Shown here: piece after piece, positions 10,260 through 18,927 of the stretch | Layout of the letters: each line of letters starts with the position of its first letter | Numbering within the stretch: the first letter of the stretch is position 1 | Source of the DNA: Candidatus Marinacidobacterales bacterium | GTDB taxonomy: Bacteria > Acidobacteriota > Vicinamibacteria > Marinacidobacterales > SMYC01 | Assembly (NCBI GenBank): GCA_965247365.1 | Contig: CBDFHB010000002.1 | Span: forward strand, 804,745 to 868,744 | DNA: 64,000 bases | Reading direction: 5' to 3' | Position numbers and translations under genes: made by a program | The notes under the pieces: model-generated | Told to the model about the DNA's origin: nothing | Seen by the model: the letters and a program-made list of their open reading frames with translations, nothing else | The model's database searches: none

Positions 10260-10709
10260 TCGATCTTCGCGGTGCTGGAACATCTCGACGATGCCGAGGA
10301 CACACTCCTGGTGAAGCTCATTTCCGGAAAGCAAACCTTGGTCGACAAGACGCTGTGGCGTGATTTCTTTTCAGTGGCGACCGCCAAAGCGCGGTGGCAA
10401 ACTGCCGGGTTGTCCCGGGAGGACCGCTCGCTTCTCCGTCGGGTAGAGTCTGGCAATCGCGTTCGCGCCGCAAAGGGCGCGAAGATATTGGAAACAAGCC
10501 TTCTCGTGCACGGCAAGAACGTCCACACAGAATCGGGCGCGCATGCGAAAGTGCTGACGTCGTGGAAGGTGTGCATGCAGGAACTGCACTTCCGGTTAGG
10601 TAACCAGGACCCGGAAGCTTCGAAAACGCCGTTCGAAGAGCGTATCGACGCTTGGGCATCGGAATTCGGCAAGAAAGCAAAACTACCCTGGCAAACGAGG
10701 TAACTTCCA

Positions 10710-11692
10710 TTGAAGTTCGATCTGCACACTCACTATTACCCTGAGATGTTTTTCGACAAGATACGAGAGCTCTCCACAGACTTCTCGTTCGACAAGACCC
10801 CACGGGGCGCACCATTATCAAGCTCAAGGGCGCTCGGGTTTTCGGCATCACACCGCCGATGACGGATCCGGCGAAACGGCTCGAAGACATGGACCGTGTG
10901 GGTATCGACGTGGAAGTCCTGTCGTTATCGACCCCGAACGTATTCTTCGCGGACGCGGAGCATCAGCCGGCGGTCGCACGCATGGCGAACGACGCCTACG
11001 CGGGGCTCGTCGCCAAACACCCGAAACGCTTCAAAGGGTTCGCATCGATTCCCATGGACGCTCCCGACTAAGCGGTCAAAGAGCTCGAGCGCGCGCTCGA
11101 CGAGCTGAAGCTCAACGGTGTCATCCTTATTAGTAACATCCAGGGACGTCCACTGACGTCTCCCGAGTATCGGCCGTTCTTTGAGGAGGCGAATCGAAGA
11201 AAGGTGTGCATCTTCTTGCATCCAATGCTGCCGGCGAACCCTGAGCCCTTCCGGCAGTACGTTCTCGGGCCCCTGGTGGGTTTTCCTTCGGACACTACCC
11301 TCGCGACCGCGCTCATGTGTTTCGACGGGTTGTTCCGTGAGCTTCCGGACATCCGCTGGATCATCGGCCACGCAGGAGGCGCGATTCCGTGGCTGATGGA
11401 GCGGCTCGATAACGGCTACCGCGATTTCGCCGAGTGCCGCGAGAACATCGACGAGCTTCCGAGCACGTACTTGAAGAAGCTCTATTACGACACCGTCACC
11501 TTCAGTCCCTACACGCTCAGGATGCTCCGCGATCTCGTCGGTACCGAGCACATGGTCATGGGAAGCGACTACCCGCACCTTCTCGGCTCGATCGAACGCT
11601 CGGTATCGTCAATCGAAGCACTTCACGTTCCGGAGGTCGAAAAACAACGTATCTTCAGCGGCACGGCGCTTTCTATCCTGAACAACATCTGA
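10710..11692 (+). pseudogene. Amidohydrolase-2 family (ACMSD-like decarboxylase/hydrolase), disrupted by a frameshift and an in-frame TAA
   Basis: TTG 10710 begins LKFDLHTHYYPEMFFDKIRELSTDFSFDK (HxH metal motif). A frame change near 10790-10800 leads to DPTGRTIIKLKGARVFGITPPMTDPAKRLEDMDRVGIDVEVLS. In-frame TAA at 11069-11071 (PMDAPD*AVKELERAL). The same frame continues to 11692 (IIGHAGGAIPW, VMGSDYPH). Confidence 0.75.
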
Positions 11693-11703
11693 GATTTCAC
11701 GTC

Positions 11704-11789
11704 ATGCGTCTGCTCCAAAGCGTTCGCAACCTGGGACCGGGCATCATCATGGCCGCGACCGCTATCGGCACCAGTCATCTGATCTTGAG
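11704..11789 (+). pseudogene. Nramp-family metal transporter, 5' fragment (split by IS21)
   Basis: MRLLQSVRNLGPGIIMAATAIGTSHLIL, then the IS21 end at 11790. Removing the IS and one TSD copy restores ...TSHLILSPVAGARFGYELMW... in frame. Confidence 0.7.
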
Positions 11790-11867
11790 TGTTAGGGAAC
11801 ACCTAAAACCGGCCACGCAGGAACACCTCAAACCCTGCCACTTCGGGAAGCGCAGACAAGGCATCCT

Positions 11868-13436
11868 ATGCTCCGAAAGGAGCATAGGAAAGCCTTGGGA
11901 AACTACCTGAAAGTGAATAAGAGACAACAAGTTATAGCGCTGTTGGAGCTCGGCTGGAGCTACCGCCGGATCGAGTCCGAGACGGGTGTGCGTCGCGAGA
12001 CGGTGTCACGCTACGACAAGCTGCGTCGTTCAAAAGCGGCCAAAGTGTTCCCCGGCTCGGAAGAGGTCTCGGAACCGGGAATCAACGACTTACGAGATTC
12101 GGGGTCGGCAAAAGCGGCCAAAGTGACCCCCGGCTCGAGGCCGCGCCAGAGCTCGTCGTCGGCGGTGTTCCACGACGAGATCGTGGAGAAGGTCGAAGCG
12201 GGTCTGAGCGCGAAGCGGGTCTGGCAAGACCTGGTCGAAGAGTTCGGCTACGGCCACGCCTACGAGTCGGTCAAGCGCTACGTTCGGAAGCTGAAGGTTC
12301 AGCGCCGGGTGGTGACGGTGCTTCACTCGGCGCCGGGCGAAGAAGCCCAGGTGGATTTCTTCCGCGGGGTGGCGACGTTTGATTCTCTCACCGGCCAATG
12401 GAAGAGGCCTTGGGTGTTTCGAATGACGCTCGGCTGCTCACGCCACGGCTACGAAGAAGCGGTTTGGGATCAGAAGCTCGAAACGTTCTTGCGTCTGCAT
12501 GAGCACGCGTTCGAAGACTTCGATGGTGTTCCCTTGGTTGTACGGCATGACAACCTGAAGGCGGCTGTAGTACGGGCGTGCCTGTACGACCCCGACGTGA
12601 ACCCGATCTATGCGGCCTTCGCCGAGCACTGGGGTTTCACGCCGCTGCCGACGAAGCCGCGGAACCCTCAAGAGAACGGCAAGCAGGAGCGAAGCGGCGG
12701 CTATGTGAAGGACAACGCTCTCAAGGGCAAGCGATTCGATTCTCTTCGCGAGCTCAACGAGTATCTGAAACGCTGGAATCGCACCATCGCACGACTGCGG
12801 ATCCACGGCACGACGCGCAAGCAAGTCTGGACGCATTTTCTCGACACCGACAAAGCCGCACTCAAGCCGGTCGCTCAACAGCGCTTCGCGATGTTCGACA
12901 GCGGCACGCGGAGCGTTCATCCCGACGCTCACGTAGAGGTTGCGGGCGCCTTCTATCCCGTCTCTCCTCGGCTGTTGGGTCAACGCGTGCAGGTACGCTG
13001 GGACGACAATCTCGTACGCGTCTATCACGACGACGCGCTCGCCGCCTCACACCTTCGAGTGGCTCCCGGCCACTACGCGCCGGAGCCCGGACAAAAAGCC
13101 GTCACCTCGAGCCAGCGAGCTTTCGCGGTCAAGCTCCTGGGCCGGTGCGAGCGGGTCGGTGCAGCGCTGCGAGCGTGGGCCGACAAGGCGTACGAAGTAC
13201 GGGGCGTGAGAGCCCTGCGCCTCATCCAGGGCGTTTTGAGTCTCACGCGCAAACACCCGCGAGAGAGCGTCTTGTGGGCTGCCGACAAAGCTCTCGAACA
13301 CGAGTTCTTCCGCTACCAGGACTTCAAACGCCTCGTCGTGCGCGGCGATACGGTCCTGCCCACTCAGCTCCCGCTTCTATCCGAACACCCTGACATCCGT
13401 TCTATGGATTCTTATCGATTGGAGGATTGGCCATGA
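11868..13436 (+). CDS. istA: IS21-family transposase IstA
   Basis: N-terminal HTH (VNKRQQVIALLELGWSYRRIESETGVRRETVSRY). DDE core region (QVDF..., VRHDNLKAAV, PRNPQENGKQER). The stop overlaps the istB start (ATGA 13433-13436). The true start may be GTG 11913, because ATG 11868 sits in a hairpin stem. Confidence 0.9.
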   Translation: MLRKEHRKALGNYLKVNKRQQVIALLELGWSYRRIESETGVRRETVSRYDKLRRSKAAKVFPGSEEVSEPGINDLRDSGSAKAAKVTPGSRPRQSSSSAVFHDEIVEKVEAGLSAKRVWQDLVEEFGYGHAYESVKRYVRKLKVQRRVVTVLHSAPGEEAQVDFFRGVATFDSLTGQWKRPWVFRMTLGCSRHGYEEAVWDQKLETFLRLHEHAFEDFDGVPLVVRHDNLKAAVVRACLYDPDVNPIYAAFAEHWGFTPLPTKPRNPQENGKQERSGGYVKDNALKGKRFDSLRELNEYLKRWNRTIARLRIHGTTRKQVWTHFLDTDKAALKPVAQQRFAMFDSGTRSVHPDAHVEVAGAFYPVSPRLLGQRVQVRWDDNLVRVYHDDALAASHLRVAPGHYAPEPGQKAVTSSQRAFAVKLLGRCERVGAALRAWADKAYEVRGVRALRLIQGVLSLTRKHPRESVLWAADKALEHEFFRYQDFKRLVVRGDTVLPTQLPLLSEHPDIRSMDSYRLEDWP

Positions 13437-14170
13437 ACCCTCAGCTCGACGCCCAACTACGTCATCTACGCTTGTCCGGAATCGTCGAGGCGCTTGCCGT
13501 ACGACTCGAGCAGGCGAGAAGCGCCGGGCTCGACTATCTCGAGTTTCTCGAGCTGCTCGTCCAGGACGAGCTCGCCCGACGGGCAGACCGACTGTTCAAA
13601 CGGCGACTCAAGCAGGCCACGATCACTCAGCTCAAAGAGCTCTCCGACTTCGACTGGACGTTCAATCCCAAGATCCCACGGGCCCGGCTCTCCGAGCTCG
13701 CCACTGGCCGATTCGTCGCCGAGCACACAAACGTGCTTCTCGTCGGGCCTCCCGGTGTCGGCAAGTCCCACGCCGCGGTCGCGGTCGCCGTCGGGGCGAT
13801 CCGTTCCGGCTACCGCGTTCTCTTACGCTCTGTGTTCGATCTCGTTCAAGACTTTGCCGAAGCCGACGCCGTCGGCGAACGTCGCGAGCTCGTCAACAAA
13901 CTCTCCCGCATCGACCTGCTCATCCTCGAAGACTTCGGCATGAAGAAGCTTCACGCCGCTGCCGCCGAAGACCTCCTCGAAGTCTTCGTCCGCCGTCACG
14001 AAACCGCGTCTACGCTCATCACCACCAACCGGCCTACCGAAGACTGGGCCAAGTTTCTCGTAGACGTTCCCGCCACCACCGCCATCCTCGATCGATTCCT
14101 CTCCCACATCGAGATCGTCACCATGCGCGGAAAAAGCTACCGCCTCAGCAGAGCCAACCGCGAAAGGTAA
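13433..14170 (+). CDS. istB: IS21-family helper ATPase IstB
   Basis: GGAGGA lies 6 nt before ATG 13433. Walker A LVGPPGVGKSH. Walker B LLILEDFG. Confidence 0.9.
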   Translation: MNPQLDAQLRHLRLSGIVEALAVRLEQARSAGLDYLEFLELLVQDELARRADRLFKRRLKQATITQLKELSDFDWTFNPKIPRARLSELATGRFVAEHTNVLLVGPPGVGKSHAAVAVAVGAIRSGYRVLLRSVFDLVQDFAEADAVGERRELVNKLSRIDLLILEDFGMKKLHAAAAEDLLEVFVRRHETASTLITTNRPTEDWAKFLVDVPATTAILDRFLSHIEIVTMRGKSYRLSRANRER

Positions 14171-14482
14171 ACGGCAGAATGAAAGCCCTCGCACTAAACG
14201 CTCAACCGCGCATGGAGTCTATGGAAGCTGACGTGTCTGACGGTTTTGTGGAAGAGCTCGACTACCCCTTTAATCGCTTTGGACTCCCAGTCCCGAGCTC
14301 TCCCACAAAACCTTGGAAAACGCTTCGCGTTTCCAACAGCTCCCACAGCCTCGGGCCTCTTTCGATATCAAGGAGAAAAAAGTTTGACCTTCTCAGTCTC
14401 AGTGTCAGATACTTAGCGCCAGCTACCCGAGTGGCCGGGTTTGAAGTGTTCTTCAGTGGCCGCTTTTGGGTGTTCCCTGACA

Positions 14483-15471
14483 TCTTGAGCCCGGTCGCAG
14501 GCGCGCGGTTCGGCTACGAGCTCATGTGGCTCGTCCTTTTCTCTCACGTCTTCAAGTACCCAGCGTTCGAGTTCGGCCCACGGTTCGCAGTCGCCACAGG
14601 TACGTCATTGATTCGCGGTTATCAGGACGTTCCCGGGCCGAAGAACTGGGCAGTTTGGGCTTTCCTGGTGACGACGGTGCTCCAAGGCCTCGTGCTTCTC
14701 GCTGGCATGCTTTCGGTGACGGCCGCCATCCTCGTCGCGAGCTTTGGGATGTTCTCGTTGACGGTGTGGGTCGTGATCCTCGGTGTCGCCATCGTCGTGC
14801 TCCACCGCATGGGTAGATATACCGCGCTCGCCGTCGGCAGCAAGATCGCCATGTTCGTGCTCACGGTGGTAAGCGTCATCGCCTTTTGCGCCGCGCCGCC
14901 ACGATGGTCCGACCTCACCCAGGCATTCATCCCGTCCATACCGACCGGGTCCCTCGTTCTCGTCGCGGCGATTCTCGGGCTCATGCCCACCGGGATCAAC
15001 GTCGCCATCTGGCATTCCCTTTGGGCGCTCGAGCAAATGGACGATTTGCGCCAGGCGGTTTCCGACAAACGCGAGATGCTGCGCTTGGGCTTGCTGGATT
15101 TGAAAGTGGGTTACATCCTCTCCGCCGTTCTCGCTTTGATCTTCGTGTCGCTCGGCGCGAATCTCCTCGGCCCGCGAGGCCTGACACCGAGCGGTATCGA
15201 CGTCGCCCTCACCCTGTCGCGGATCTACACCGAGGTCTTGGGTGATTGGATGTTCCCCGTCTTCATGCTCGCCGCGTTCGCCGCGATGTTCTCGACCGCG
15301 TATTCGGTGATGGACGGGTTTCCGCGAACGTTCTCGACGCTCCTGCGTACTCTCTATCCAGCGAACGAAACCTTGAAGCGAGCGAGCGACCCGGCGTACT
15401 GGATCTTCATGGCCGTGATCTTCGCGTTCGCCATCGGAGCCAACTACATTTTTCCAATCCTGTACGGATGA
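14483..15471 (+). pseudogene. Nramp-family metal transporter, 3' fragment (split by IS21)
   Basis: ILSPVAGARFGYELMWLVLFSHVFKYPAFEFGPRFAVATGTSLIRGY... is multi-TM and in frame with the 5' fragment once the IS is removed. The 430-aa track ORF 14179..15471 is a chimera that starts inside the IS right end. Confidence 0.7.
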
Positions 15472-15659
15472 TTCAGCTCATCGGCCTCGTGAGTTTGGCG
15501 GTCGCACCGATCGTCTACGGGCTCAACTACTATTGTGTAACCCGGCTCATCGATGACGAATCGATGAAGCCGAAACGGTGGCTCCGTCTCTGGGGTCTCG
15601 CCGGCCTCTGGTTCATGACGGCGGCCGTGGTGTTCTCGCTCTACATTCGCATGAGGTAG
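15468..15659 (+). CDS. Small membrane protein, or a frameshifted C-terminal segment of the Nramp gene
   Basis: ATG 15468 overlaps the upstream stop (ATGA). The product is 63 aa with two hydrophobic helices (IGLVSLAVAPIVYGL, WGLAGLWFMTAAVVFSLYI). Confidence 0.35.
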   Translation: MIQLIGLVSLAVAPIVYGLNYYCVTRLIDDESMKPKRWLRLWGLAGLWFMTAAVVFSLYIRMR

Positions 15660-15661
15660 CC

Positions 15662-15750
15662 ATGACTTCCCCGACGTGCCCGACGTGGACGTTCACTCCC
15701 ATCGGTGTCGCCCGCACACCGTTCGCCGAGACATCCGAAATCTCGAAAGG
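15662..15750 (+). pseudogene. TrmO/TsaA-like methyltransferase, N-terminal relic
   Basis: MTSPTCPTWTFTPIGVARTPFAETSEISKG resembles the TrmO N-terminus (IGxxxSPF....IPxQ). Similarity and high GC both end at about 15750. Confidence 0.4.
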
Positions 15751-15769
15751 TATTGGGGGTAGCTGTTGG

Positions 15770-17140
15770 CTATCCTAGTTTGGATGAAACCAGGCGTTTC
15801 GCAAATTCTTTTGCCTTTTCAGGAATCTGTATTATTACCGCCGATTCCTTTAACGGTTTTGTGGCATCCATTCCTATCCGCGTTGCTGTGCCTTCATCCG
15901 ATGCCGAGGGATCCAACAGGACTCCCATGGCCCCCTGGACCTTCACCAAGTCCTTATCGGCCTGAAAGCGGGTGGAAATTGCCCACAGGACCTCTGTTTC
16001 ATTGAAAACATCGACGTCTTCGTCAACCACCACCACCAGTTTTAGGCAATGATCAACGCCCAGGGCGGTTAAGATGGCCTGTTTGGCCTGACCCGCAGCC
16101 GTCTTCTGCATGGATATATAGGCATGAAACAAACCGCATCCGGAAATGGGCACATGCACTTTCTTAAGCCCCGGAATCGTCCGGGAAAGGGATTGAAACA
16201 GGTCCGCTTCCCTCGGAATAGCCAGAAGGGAACAGTGCTCGGCGGACAAACCCGCAGAGATACTCTGATAAATCGGGTTCTCTCGGTGATACATGGTTTG
16301 CGCTTCAAAAACATGCTGGGTGCTTCTAAATGAAGAATAATTGGTGAATTCGCCAAACGGACCCTCAGGCTCTCGAATCCCAGCCAATATTTCCCCCTCC
16401 AAAACGATCTCCGCATATGCCGGTATGTTGAGGGGCACACTTATTCCTTTTACCACCTCAAAGGGCTCGCCCAGCAGCGCGCCGACGACTTCGTATTTGC
16501 CTACGGTACTGGGAATCACGCCGATGGAGGCCAAAGAAACTAAAGGATGAACCCCCAGCACACACGCAATGGGGAAGTTTTCACCCTTTTCCTCCGCCCT
16601 TCGTTGAAAATCCCATAACCGTTTGCGCGAGTGCAGGCTTATGCCGAAGCGGTTGCTGCCTTTAAACATCATCCGGTGATACCCGAGGCTGCTCAGTCCG
16701 GTGTCCGGATCGGCGGAAACGATAAGGCCGGCGGTAATGTAGGGGGCCGGATCCGCCTGAAAATGAGTAAGTATCGGTAAAACGGAGGTGTCAATCTGAT
16801 CGCGCTCATAAATCCTATAATGGGCCGGCGACTCTTCTATCACGTTTTCCCTGTAATAATTATCTTTGCGGTTGGAATACGTGGCAATAAGATTCTGTTC
16901 ATCAGTATCAAACGCAAGCGCCATTCGGGCTCTTGAGCCGAGCAAATTAGCGAGAACAGGAATGGCGGTACCTTTGATATTTTCAAAAACGACAATCGGA
17001 GATTTACCCTGTTTTTCTAGTTCCGTTAGAAAAGCAGTGGCCTCATAGGCAGGATCCACTTCTTCGGTGATATGCATGACTTGATCCGGGCTTTTGGTTT
17101 CCGCTTGATGGATATATGACCGCCAGTCCTGCCTGCTCAT
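15770..17140 (-). CDS. UbiD-family (prenyl-FMN-dependent) decarboxylase
   Basis: 456 aa. UbiD-type segments include PIVVFENIKG, ITAGLIVSADPDTG..GYHRMM and EGPFGEFTNYSS. Lower GC than the flanks. Confidence 0.9.
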   Translation of the reverse strand: MSRQDWRSYIHQAETKSPDQVMHITEEVDPAYEATAFLTELEKQGKSPIVVFENIKGTAIPVLANLLGSRARMALAFDTDEQNLIATYSNRKDNYYRENVIEESPAHYRIYERDQIDTSVLPILTHFQADPAPYITAGLIVSADPDTGLSSLGYHRMMFKGSNRFGISLHSRKRLWDFQRRAEEKGENFPIACVLGVHPLVSLASIGVIPSTVGKYEVVGALLGEPFEVVKGISVPLNIPAYAEIVLEGEILAGIREPEGPFGEFTNYSSFRSTQHVFEAQTMYHRENPIYQSISAGLSAEHCSLLAIPREADLFQSLSRTIPGLKKVHVPISGCGLFHAYISMQKTAAGQAKQAILTALGVDHCLKLVVVVDEDVDVFNETEVLWAISTRFQADKDLVKVQGAMGVLLDPSASDEGTATRIGMDATKPLKESAVIIQIPEKAKEFAKRLVSSKLG

Positions 17141-17589
17141 AACGGCTCCCTTTTCAACTGAAGTTGTTTGTCTTCGATATCCTGAACGCCGCCTTTCACT
17201 GCAATGCGCATAGGAATTTCAAACGGCCCTCCCAATGTAGAGCTGGGTGAGTGGACCGTCCAGGGAGCCTGATGTGGTGGTCCACCCGCTGCTTCCGGTC
17301 TGATCCGGGGGCCGATCAGCGGTCGCGAGCCGATCGCGCTTCGCCAGTTCAAGCGCTTCGCAGTATTCGGAATCCTCATCGAGCCACCGGTAATGGCTGC
17401 TCCGTTCGTGTACCTCCACTGAATAGCCCACCCGAACATGGGTGAACAGACTATTTCCGAAGGATCGTGTCTTTTGACTTCTGGAAAGAGGTTGAGATCG
17501 GCTAACTTGCCGCCCATATTGGCACTTGGGTTTCTGATGCGGATGGCTAGCCCCTTGAGTCCATGGCTGAATAAAGTATCCGGTATCAT
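17137..17589 (-). CDS. Hypothetical protein, translationally coupled to the UbiD-family gene
   Basis: 150-aa ORF whose stop overlaps the decarboxylase start (ATGA 17137-17140). No recognisable motif. It has an internal GC-rich patch (about 17260-17400). Confidence 0.3.
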   Translation of the reverse strand: MIPDTLFSHGLKGLAIRIRNPSANMGGKLADLNLFPEVKRHDPSEIVCSPMFGWAIQWRYTNGAAITGGSMRIPNTAKRLNWRSAIGSRPLIGPRIRPEAAGGPPHQAPWTVHSPSSTLGGPFEIPMRIAVKGGVQDIEDKQLQLKREPL

Positions 17590-17675
17590 AAGTTAGTACC
17601 GAAGGTCAATCCGTAAGTAGCTGGAGGGCGCACGTCACGATCGTGAGGCAGTTCGAATATCGCGGAGTGGAGTGG

Positions 17676-17703
17676 TTTACAAGCTTGTTCCTACGGCTAT
17701 AGT
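17676..17703 (+). promoter_or_regulatory. Candidate sigma70-type promoter of the TRAP operon
   Basis: TTTACA (17676-17681), 16 nt, TATAGT (17698-17703). GGAGGAGG at 17708-17715 and ATG at 17722. Confidence 0.35.
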
Positions 17704-17721
17704 AGTCGGAGGAGGTGTGCA

Positions 17722-18783
17722 ATGAGAGTGAAATATAAGATTGGCAGAATCCTGTCCGCTCTGACATTGCTATGGGGCACGCTTCTAGCGGCGGCCTGCT
17801 CTAACGGCCTTGCTCCCCCTGATGCCACCATCAGATGGAGGGCGCAGTCTGGAGTACCCGCCGGCAGTTGGAACTATCAAGACCAGTTCGTGAAGTTCGC
17901 CGAGTTGGTGAATGAGCGGAGCAATGGGCGCCTTGAAATCGAGATTTTCCCCCCCGGTACGATCGTTGATGCCTACGAGCAGTTCAATGCGGTACAAAAG
18001 AAAGCAATCGAAATGGGAATGGGCGTGGGGGGGTATAACGTCAAGCAGGTTCCGGAAGCTCACATCGAACAGGGACTCTTTGGTGTTTTCTCGACGCTTG
18101 AGGACTTTGTGGACTTCTATATCTACTACAAGGACGGGGCTGCCTACGAGCTTATCGACGCCGCTTACAGAGAAAAGGGCTGCCATCTCCTGAAGTCGCT
18201 GGGACCCTCCCCTCTCGTTGTCATTTCCAGAGAACCTCTGAAGACGGTACAGGAATTGAAGGGACTGAAGATCAGGGGCAGCGCGACGGCCCCTGATTTG
18301 ATCACCAACCTGGGTGCTGTTCCGGTGACTTTGGCACCGGCGGAATTGTACATGGCACTGCAAACGGGAACCGTCGATGCAGTGATCATGCCCAATTATT
18401 CGATCGGCACCTATAATTTTTGGGACGTTGCCAAAGGCCTTATGGGTCCTCCTATTGGTCAGGCAGCCGGAGATATGTACGTCAATCTGGAGGTCTATAA
18501 CAGCCTTCCCGATGACTTGAAAGGGATCTTAGAGGAGGCGGCAGAGGAAGCCATGCTCCACTATGTAGAGACCATTTCCGCAAAGATGGACGAAATACTG
18601 GAAATCGCGGAAAGGGAGCACGGCGTCACCATCGTCACTTTACCGGATGAAGAGTATGCGAAGATCCTCGAAGCGGCAGCTCCTATTTTGGACCAGACAG
18701 CTGCCCGAAGCCCAAGATCTGAAAAAATTATCCAGCTGATGAAAGAGTATCTGGCAGAGAAGGGAACAAGAGGGACGGACTAA
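17722..18783 (+). CDS. TRAP transporter substrate-binding lipoprotein (DctP type)
   Basis: Lipobox LLAAAC. DctP-like core (LKGLKIRGSATAPDLITNLGAVPVTLAPAELYMALQTGTVDAV). Confidence 0.85.
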   Translation: MRVKYKIGRILSALTLLWGTLLAAACSNGLAPPDATIRWRAQSGVPAGSWNYQDQFVKFAELVNERSNGRLEIEIFPPGTIVDAYEQFNAVQKKAIEMGMGVGGYNVKQVPEAHIEQGLFGVFSTLEDFVDFYIYYKDGAAYELIDAAYREKGCHLLKSLGPSPLVVISREPLKTVQELKGLKIRGSATAPDLITNLGAVPVTLAPAELYMALQTGTVDAVIMPNYSIGTYNFWDVAKGLMGPPIGQAAGDMYVNLEVYNSLPDDLKGILEEAAEEAMLHYVETISAKMDEILEIAEREHGVTIVTLPDEEYAKILEAAAPILDQTAARSPRSEKIIQLMKEYLAEKGTRGTD

Positions 18784-18927
18784 GGGACTTTCCCCCTTTT
18801 TTCGATTTGGAGGTCGGCAATCAATAACTCTTCTCCTCTTTTCCCCACCTACCTGAGGCGTGTCCTTCAAGCGATAGACGCCACCAGTGAATGGACCGGT
18901 AAGATCACCGCCTTCCTGATTCCAGGC

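Larger units (their letters stand above)
11790..14482 (+). mobile_element. Complete IS21-family insertion sequence (2693 bp) with target-site duplication
   Basis: Ends are TGTTAGGGAACACC... and ...GGTGTTCCCTGACA (TG/CA termini). The ~52-bp imperfect IRs (44/52) each carry two sub-repeats (GGAACACCTAAAACCGGCCAC / GGAACACCTCAAACCCTGCCAC). The TCTTGAG direct repeat occurs at 11783-11789 and 14483-14489 (8 bp, ATCTTGAG, if the terminal A is counted). istA and istB are intact. Confidence 0.9.

Noticed and set aside
10161-10703. 180-aa ORF following the IS903-like stub.
   Set aside because: Only its first ~33 codons resemble the transposase. The remainder matches nothing I recognise and lacks the DDE core. 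It is treated as relic plus random open frame.
14179-15471. 430-aa ORF in the track, taken as one gene.
   Set aside because: The first ~100 codons lie in the non-coding right arm of IS21. Only the part from 14483 matches Nramp-type transporters. It is an insertion chimera.
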